Shown piece after piece: positions 26,765-32,000 of a stretch of 32,000 nt of DNA. Position 1 is the stretch's first letter. Each line of letters opens with the position of its first letter. The translations under genes were made by a program, and so were the position numbers. The notes beneath the pieces were generated by a model, which was not told where the DNA came from, searched no databases, and saw nothing but the letters and a program-made list of their open reading frames with translations. Source of the stretch: Dickeya solani IPO 2222 (lineage in GTDB: Bacteria > Pseudomonadota > Gammaproteobacteria > Enterobacterales > Enterobacteriaceae); contig NZ_CP015137.1 of NCBI RefSeq assembly GCF_001644705.1, positions 4,350,001 through 4,382,000 of the forward strand. Reading direction: 5' to 3'.

Positions 26765-28084
26765 ATGAAAGTGAATAAAAAATTTTTACCCGCAATAATT
26801 GGATTGGTACTGACTGGGACTGCGGCACAGAGTCTGGCCGCTGAGTATTATCTGGCGTCGAACGGCAGCGATTCTGCCAACGGCAGCAAGAGCGCCCCCT
26901 GGAAATCTTTTGCTCGTGCGCAACAGACCCTTTCTCCCGGCGACCGCCTGTGGATTCGCGGCGGAACCTATACCTTTATCGCCGGGCTTAACAGCTGCGC
27001 CAGCCAGACAGATATCGTGAACGCCATTACCCTGAATAAGAATGGTACTTCGGGTAACAGCATCGAATATGTTGCTTATACCGGTGAAACGCCGGTGTTT
27101 GATTTCAGCCAGATGAAAGACGATTGCCGCGTTAAAGGATTTAACGTAGTAGCAAGCTGGGTTACCCTCAAAGGGCTGGAAATCAAAGGGGTTCCGCAAA
27201 ATAACAACAAGAATCATGAATCCTGGGGGGTGTGGATTAACGGCAGCAACAACCGCTTCGAACAACTCAATATCCACCACATCATGGGGACCGGGCTGTT
27301 TTTAAAGAACGGGGCCAACAACACCGTGCTGAATACCGATTCTCATCACAATTATGACCCGCTGACCTCCAATGGCGCAGGTCAGAGTGGCGATGGTTTT
27401 GGCGCACACATTGCCGCCAATATGCCGGGCAACATTTTCAGCGGTTGCCGCGCCTGGGCCAACTCGGATGACGGCTTTGACCTGATCAACGCCTACTCCT
27501 CGGTGACCATTGAGAACTCCTGGGCCTGGTCGCACGGCTACCTGCCGGGTACCACCACCTCGCTGCCCGCCGGTAACGGCAACGGTTTCAAAGCCGGAGG
27601 CTACGGCGCTCAGTACGTGAGCAATGCGCCCAAACACATCGTGCGCAACTCGGTGGCATTCCTGAATAAAGCGGCGGGTTTCTATGCCAACCACCATCCG
27701 GTGGCGAATGACTTCTTCAACAACACCTCGTTCAAAAACACCGTCAATTACAGCATGCGGGGCATTGATGCGAACGGTAACGCAGTCGCGTTGGGCACGC
27801 TGCGCAATAACATCTCTTATGCTGCTCGCTCGCAATCGCTGGCCTATACCGATGGCGCCAACATGCGCTACAACTCCTGGAACTTCAGCAACACGGTTTC
27901 CGATGCCGAATTCCAGAGTGTGTCCACCACGGGCTGGGATGCAGCGCGTCAGGCTGATGGCAGCCTGCCGGTGCTGAAATACCTGCGTCTGGCGTCAGAC
28001 AGCTGGATGATCGACAAGGGCGGCGACGTCAAGATTGCCTATAAAGGCGCTGCGCCGGATCTGGGCGCGTTTGAACTGAAATAA
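26765..28084 (+). CDS. secreted polysaccharide lyase family 9 pectate lyase (PelL/PelN-like right-handed beta-helix)
   Basis: A Sec signal peptide is present (MKVNKKFLPAIIGLVLTGTAAQSLA/AE). The protein is collinear with Dickeya Pel9A (PelL) as I remember it: YYLASNGSDSANGS..APW, HHNYDP, GDGFG, CRAWANSDDGFDLI (acidic Ca-site cluster), IENSWAW, GNGNGFKAGG (catalytic Lys region), and APDLGAFE at the C-terminus. Confidence 0.88.
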   Translation: MKVNKKFLPAIIGLVLTGTAAQSLAAEYYLASNGSDSANGSKSAPWKSFARAQQTLSPGDRLWIRGGTYTFIAGLNSCASQTDIVNAITLNKNGTSGNSIEYVAYTGETPVFDFSQMKDDCRVKGFNVVASWVTLKGLEIKGVPQNNNKNHESWGVWINGSNNRFEQLNIHHIMGTGLFLKNGANNTVLNTDSHHNYDPLTSNGAGQSGDGFGAHIAANMPGNIFSGCRAWANSDDGFDLINAYSSVTIENSWAWSHGYLPGTTTSLPAGNGNGFKAGGYGAQYVSNAPKHIVRNSVAFLNKAAGFYANHHPVANDFFNNTSFKNTVNYSMRGIDANGNAVALGTLRNNISYAARSQSLAYTDGANMRYNSWNFSNTVSDAEFQSVSTTGWDAARQADGSLPVLKYLRLASDSWMIDKGGDVKIAYKGAAPDLGAFELK

Positions 28085-28145
28085 GCGGCGAAACTGGCTG
28101 CTATCCGCGGTGTTCAGCAGAGGAATCCGCCGGATGATGCAACAG

Positions 28146-28172
28146 ATGCCCGCTTCGGCGGGCATTTTTTTG
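28146..28172 (+). terminator. Rho-independent terminator of the pectate lyase gene
   Basis: ATGCCCGC-TTCG-GCGGGCAT (UUCG tetraloop) is followed by TTTTTTT. Confidence 0.85.
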
Positions 28173-28210
28173 CCTGCGACTACTGCCCTCATATCGGTAT
28201 GCCCGTTCAT

Positions 28211-28304
28211 CCATACCTCTGATCTACTCATACTATTGATCTACTCATACTATTGATCCATACATACTACTGATCCATACATACTACTGATCTATGCTAC
28301 TCAT
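28211..28304. repeat. 17-bp tandem repeat array: two copies of CTACTCATACTATTGAT, two copies of CCATACATACTACTGAT, and degenerate end copies
   Basis: The full units are at 28224-28240, 28241-28257, 28258-28274 and 28275-28291. Partial units are at 28211-28223 and 28292-28304. Each unit junction creates a GATC site (28221, 28238, 28255, 28272, 28289). Confidence 0.9.
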
Positions 28305-28436
28305 TTTGTTAATTTGGCCTGAGCCGCGCGTGCCGTCGCATATCCCGTTTTCTTTGATCTGCATTGGGGAAATTGTTGTGTGCTGCCCGCATGATAGGCA
28401 CAGGAGCGTGCCTGCAACAGCGAGATTTTACCGCCT

Positions 28437-29333
28437 ATGGAACTGTTAAAAGCCGAGTTGAGTACGGTACTGGGAGAATCGCTCAGCCGTCTTGAACGCA
28501 TCAGCGAGCAACCTTATGCGCATTTGTATGCCTTGTATGATCATGCGGGCAACGCCATGCCGCTGCTGGCGAAAAGCTATATTTGTCAGGGGATCGCCGG
28601 GCAAGAGGCTTACAAGCTGACCATGCTGGCCCGGGAAGGCGAAGTCAGGCTACCGACGGTCTACGGGATGGTGATGACCCACCAGGCGCCTTATAAAGAA
28701 CTGCTGCTTATCGAGCGCCTGCGCGGCGTGTCGGTGGAAGCGCCGTCCCGCTCGCCTCAGCGTTGGACGCTGCTGATGGACCAGATCGTCGAAAGCATGC
28801 TGGCCTGGCATCGAATCGACAGTCACGGCTGCGTCGGCACGGTCGACAGCACGCAGGACAACAGCTGGCCGAACTGGTATCGCCAGCGGCTGGAGGTGCT
28901 ATGGGCTACGCTGATGAACGTTAACGCCGCGCAGCTGACGCAGCAGGATCGCGCCGTGCTGTACCGCTCCCGGCAGAGCCTGCCTGCGCTGTTTGCGGAT
29001 TTCGATGACAATAGCGTATTGGTGCACGGTAACCTGACCTTGCGCAGCATGCTGAAAGATCCGCGCAGCGATCAACTGCTGGCGATGATCAACCCCGGCA
29101 TGATGTTGTGGGCGCCGCGTGAGTACGACCTGTTCCGGTTGTGTGAAGAGCCGGGTATGCCGGAACACCTGTTCTATCATTATCTGAAGCAGGCGCCGCT
29201 GGCTGAATCCTTCGTCTACCGCCGCTGGCTGTACATTCTGTGGGCCGCGGTTTCCCGCTACATCCACACCGGTCAGTTAGACCGCCCTTTGTTCGACACC
29301 GCGACCCGCGAACTGTTGCCCTGGCTGGAATAA
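28437..29333 (+). CDS. ycbJ: YcbJ, aminoglycoside-phosphotransferase-like kinase-fold protein
   Basis: MELLKAELSTVLGESLSRLE...WPNWYRQRLEVLW...LRSMLKDPRSDQLLAMINPGMMLWAPREYDLFRL...RRWLYILW is collinear with E. coli YcbJ. Confidence 0.9.
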   Translation: MELLKAELSTVLGESLSRLERISEQPYAHLYALYDHAGNAMPLLAKSYICQGIAGQEAYKLTMLAREGEVRLPTVYGMVMTHQAPYKELLLIERLRGVSVEAPSRSPQRWTLLMDQIVESMLAWHRIDSHGCVGTVDSTQDNSWPNWYRQRLEVLWATLMNVNAAQLTQQDRAVLYRSRQSLPALFADFDDNSVLVHGNLTLRSMLKDPRSDQLLAMINPGMMLWAPREYDLFRLCEEPGMPEHLFYHYLKQAPLAESFVYRRWLYILWAAVSRYIHTGQLDRPLFDTATRELLPWLE

Positions 29334-29340
29334 CCAACGA

Positions 29341-29365
29341 CGCGGGCGACCCCTGATCGCCCGCG
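29341..29365. other. GC hairpin between the convergent ycbJ and elyC genes (possible bidirectional terminator, no clear U-tract)
   Basis: CGCGGGCGA-CCCCTGA-TCGCCCGCG forms a 9-bp stem. The flanking sequences are only weakly T-rich on the minus strand. Confidence 0.35.
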
Positions 29366-29373
29366 TGCAGGCA

Positions 29374-30153
29374 TCAGGATTCCGGCGGGGGCGTGACGCC
29401 TTTCATTTGTTGCCAGATCAGACCCAATCCTTCATACCAGGCCCGCTCGCTGTGCGACAGATAGAGTGCGGACGGAAATACCCGCTCCCACGGATTAAGC
29501 GGCGACGTGATGGCCAACTGGTTGGCCGGCGCCGGGATCGGGTGCAGCCCGCGTGCCTGGAAAAAGCGGATAGCGCGCGGCAGATGGTTGGCGGACGTTA
29601 CCAGCAGGAACGGCTGTTTGCCGATCAGTGCTTCGGTTCCGGCCGCCTCTTCTTCGGTATCGCGCGCCTGATCCACCAACAGGATATCCTGCGCCGGGAC
29701 GCCCAGGCTTTCGGCGACGCGGGCGGCGGTGCTGGCGCTGGTAACCGGATTGCCCTGCGCGGCGGCGCCGGTGAAGATCAGCTTGGCGCCAGGGTTGGCG
29801 CGCCACAGCCTGATGCCTTCGGTGACGCGCGCCAGACTGTTGTTGAGCAGGTTGGCGCTGGGAGGCCAGTCCGGGTTGAAGGTGTAACCGCCGCCCAACA
29901 CCACGATATAATTCGCCGTGGGGAAATTCGGCGTCCAGGTTGGATAACGAGACTCCAGCGGCAGCAGCAGCCGATCGGCCACCGGTTGCAGGCTCAGCAA
30001 CAGCAATGCCAGCCAGCCGCCGGTCAGCAGGACCCGGGCGGTTTTCTGCCAACGGGAAAACCACAGCAGGGCGAGGGCGAGGCCCATCACCAGCATCAGC
30101 AACGGTAGCGGCAATAACAGACTACCGATGTATTTTTTGACGGCAAACAGCAT
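29374..30153 (-). CDS. elyC: envelope biogenesis factor ElyC (YcbC, DUF218)
   Basis: The 259-aa protein has an N-terminal transmembrane segment and a DUF218 core (YIVVLGGG, IFTGAA, LVTSANHLPRA). Its position between ycbJ and cmoM is the same as in E. coli. Confidence 0.9.
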   Translation of the reverse strand: MLFAVKKYIGSLLLPLPLLMLVMGLALALLWFSRWQKTARVLLTGGWLALLLLSLQPVADRLLLPLESRYPTWTPNFPTANYIVVLGGGYTFNPDWPPSANLLNNSLARVTEGIRLWRANPGAKLIFTGAAAQGNPVTSASTAARVAESLGVPAQDILLVDQARDTEEEAAGTEALIGKQPFLLVTSANHLPRAIRFFQARGLHPIPAPANQLAITSPLNPWERVFPSALYLSHSERAWYEGLGLIWQQMKGVTPPPES

Positions 30154-30304
30154 AAAATAGCGTCCCTTTTGAATGAAAAACCGCCATACGGGCGAAAATA
30201 GGCGTTCAGACCATTCATTCTAGGCCAGCCTGTGACAGAATGTCAGGTTCAGAGAAAAACCAGTTGTTTAGGTAGTACAGTCACCCATCATGCGGAACCG
30301 TGGA

Positions 30305-31144
30305 ATGCAGGATCGTAATTTTAACGATATCGCTGACAAATTTGCTCGAAACATTTATGGCACCACCAAGGGGCAGCTGCGTCAGGCGGTATTGTGGCAG
30401 GATCTGGAAATCTTGCTGACGCGCCTGCCGTCACAACCGCTGCGCATTCTGGATGCGGGCGGCGGCGAAGGGCCGATGTCCCGCCGTCTGGCCGCGTTGG
30501 GACATCAGGTATTGTTGTGCGATCTGTCCGATGAGATGATTGCGCGCGCCCGTGAGGCGGCTCAGGAGCAAGGGGTGGCTGATAATATGCGCTTTGTGCG
30601 GTGCGCCGCGCAGGATGTCGGCGCGCATTTGTCGCAGCCGGTGGATCTGGTGCTGTTTCACGCCGTGCTGGAGTGGGTGGCGGAGCCGCAGCAGGCGTTG
30701 CGGGCGCTGACCGACTGTCTGGCGCCGGGCGGCGCGTTGTCGCTGATGTTTTACAACCATCAGGCGTTGGTGATGCGCAACATGGTGCTGGGCAATTTCG
30801 GCTATGTCGACGCCGGCATGCCCAAGCGCAAACGCCGTTCGTTGTCGCCGGATCACCCGCTTGACCCGCCGCAGGTCTACCAGTGGCTTGACGAACTCGG
30901 GCTACAAGTGAGCGGCAAGACCGGCATACGGGTGTTTCATGACTACCTGCAGAACAAGCAACAACAGATTGACGATTTTGACCTGCTGCTGGCGCTGGAG
31001 CAGCGCTACTGTCGGCAGGAACCCTTTGTCAGCCTGGGGCGCTACATTCATGTTATGGCGCACAAGCATGTTATGGCGCACAAGCATGTTATGGCGCACA
31101 AGCCTGTCATGGCGCACAAGCCCCCTATGAAGGATGCATTATGA
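30305..31144 (+). CDS. cmoM: tRNA 5-carboxymethoxyuridine methyltransferase CmoM (SmtA) with a repeat-extended C-terminus
   Basis: [34 protein letters not shown]...LDAGGGEG...LFHAVLEWV...GRYIH matches E. coli CmoM from the ATG at 30305. The tail carries HVMAHK x3 plus PVMAHK, which the E. coli protein lacks. Confidence 0.92.
   Translation: MQDRNFNDIADKFARNIYGTTKGQLRQAVLWQDLEILLTRLPSQPLRILDAGGGEGPMSRRLAALGHQVLLCDLSDEMIARAREAAQEQGVADNMRFVRCAAQDVGAHLSQPVDLVLFHAVLEWVAEPQQALRALTDCLAPGGALSLMFYNHQALVMRNMVLGNFGYVDAGMPKRKRRSLSPDHPLDPPQVYQWLDELGLQVSGKTGIRVFHDYLQNKQQQIDDFDLLLALEQRYCRQEPFVSLGRYIHVMAHKHVMAHKHVMAHKPVMAHKPPMKDAL
31049..31120 (+). repeat. in-frame 18-bp tandem repeat (CATGTTATGGCGCACAAG x3 plus variant CCTGTCATGGCGCACAAG)
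   Basis: The exact units are at 31049-31066, 31067-31084 and 31085-31102. A variant unit is at 31103-31120. The repeat lies inside the 3' end of cmoM, 21 nt before the mukF ATG. Confidence 0.95.
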
Positions 31145-32000
31145 GTGATTTTTCCCAGACCGTACCCGAACTGGTTGCCTGGGCGAGAAAAAATGACTTC
31201 GCCATTACGCTGCCCACCGAGCGTCTGGCGTTTTTGCTGGCTATCGCCACCCTGAACGGCGAGCGCATGGACGGCGAAATGAGCGAAGGGGAACTGGTGG
31301 ACGCCTTCCGTCATGTCAGCAAGGGCTTTGAGCAAACCAACGAAACCATTCCGGTGCGCGCCAATAATGCGATCAACGATCTGGTGCGTCAGCGGTTGAT
31401 CAACCGTTTTACCAGCGAACTGGCGGACGGCAACGCCATCTACCGTCTGACGCCGCTGGGTATCGGCATCACCGATTATTACATTCGTCAGCGTGAGTTT
31501 TCCGCGCTGCGTCTGTCGATGCAGTTGTCGATCGTAGCGCAGGAGCTGGGACGGGCGGCGGAAGCAGCCGAAGAGGGCGGTGACGAGTTCCACTGGCATC
31601 GCAATGTGTTCGCTCCGCTCAAGTATTCGGTGGCGGAGATTTTCGACAGCATCGACCTGTCGCAGCGGGTGATGGATGAGCAGCAGCAAGGGGTGAAAGA
31701 GAGTATCGCCGGGCTGCTCAATCAGGACTGGCGTGCTGCGATTTCCAGTTGCGAAAAACTGCTGACCGAGACTTCCGATACCCTGCGTGAATTGCAGGAC
31801 ACGCTGGAAGCGGCGGGCGACAAACTACAGACCAGCCTGCTGCGTATTCAGGACGCCACGCTTGGTCAGGCGGCGCTGGCGTTTGTCGACAATCTGGTAT
31901 TCGACCTGCAGGGCAAACTCGACCGCATCGTTAGCTGGGGTCAGCAGAGCATCGACCTGTGGATCGGCTATGACCGCCACGTGCATAAATTCATCCGTAC
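31141..32000 (+). CDS. mukF: chromosome partition protein MukF (N-terminal about 286 codons, runs off the window end)
   Basis: [66 protein letters not shown]... matches MukF. The ATG overlaps the cmoM stop (ATGA). An AAGGA Shine-Dalgarno sequence lies 8 nt upstream. It is absent from the ORF track because no stop codon falls in the window. Confidence 0.95.
   Translation, partial: MSDFSQTVPELVAWARKNDFAITLPTERLAFLLAIATLNGERMDGEMSEGELVDAFRHVSKGFEQTNETIPVRANNAINDLVRQRLINRFTSELADGNAIYRLTPLGIGITDYYIRQREFSALRLSMQLSIVAQELGRAAEAAEEGGDEFHWHRNVFAPLKYSVAEIFDSIDLSQRVMDEQQQGVKESIAGLLNQDWRAAISSCEKLLTETSDTLRELQDTLEAAGDKLQTSLLRIQDATLGQAALAFVDNLVFDLQGKLDRIVSWGQQSIDLWIGYDRHVHKFIR

Noticed and set aside
26553-26768. 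A 71-aa ORF lies in the AT-rich region upstream of the pectate lyase gene.
   Set aside because: It has a non-ATG start and no Shine-Dalgarno sequence. Its AT-driven Ile/Asn/Lys/Leu composition is not coding-like, and it overlaps the pel ribosome-binding site and start. It is most likely non-coding promoter DNA.
28211-28304. I considered whether the 17-bp tandem repeats could be a CRISPR array.
   Set aside because: The units abut directly with no unique spacers. The units are too short, and no cas genes or leader are present. It is a plain tandem (VNTR-like) repeat.
1-32000. I searched the whole window for mobile-element or defence-system signatures: integrase, transposase, inverted terminal repeats, tRNA attachment sites, restriction-modification, toxin-antitoxin, Cas, and abortive-infection-like genes.
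   Set aside because: None was found. Every ORF above about 100 codons that is not a shadow ORF is assigned to a metabolic, envelope, motility or chromosome-maintenance family, apart from one small lipoprotein. Any novelty here is metabolic or regulatory rather than a defence or mobile system.

Overview
This is a chromosomal window from a soft-rot-type enterobacterium. Gene content and protein sequences look Dickeya/Pectobacteriaceae-like, but I cannot confirm that without a search. Two conserved enterobacterial backbone blocks are joined at about 19.7-20.4 kb. Block A is hisG-hisL / yeeZ ... plaP / sbcB / yeeX. Block B is comEC(ycaI)-msbA-lpxK-ycaR-kdsB ... ycbJ / elyC / cmoM-mukF. Two accessory insertions interrupt the backbone. 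(1) A roughly 14.4 kb citrate-fermentation island (1.5-15.9 kb) sits between yeeZ and plaP. It carries an MCP chemoreceptor, citB-citA, a 2-hydroxycarboxylate-family citrate carrier, an FAH-family enzyme, citCDEFXG and the c-di-GMP flagellar brake ycgR. It has no mobility genes and leaves what looks like a LysR (yeeY-position) gene remnant at its right edge. (2) A single PL9 pectate lyase gene lies between kdsB and ycbJ, followed by a 17-bp tandem array that places five GATC sites at exact 17-bp spacing. I found no rRNA, tRNA, CRISPR, transposase, integrase or recognisable defence system. The items most worth follow-up are: the FAH-family gene embedded in the citrate-lyase operon, a candidate soluble oxaloacetate decarboxylase replacing OadGAB; the large-ectodomain MCP and ycgR, both with sigma28-type promoters, bracketing the island; the repeat-rich AT-rich citA/citS control region; the GATC tandem array; and an in-frame 18-bp tandem repeat adding HVMAHK hexapeptides to the CmoM C-terminus just before mukF. 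Functional calls rest on my recognition of protein families from the translated ORFs, and no database search was possible.
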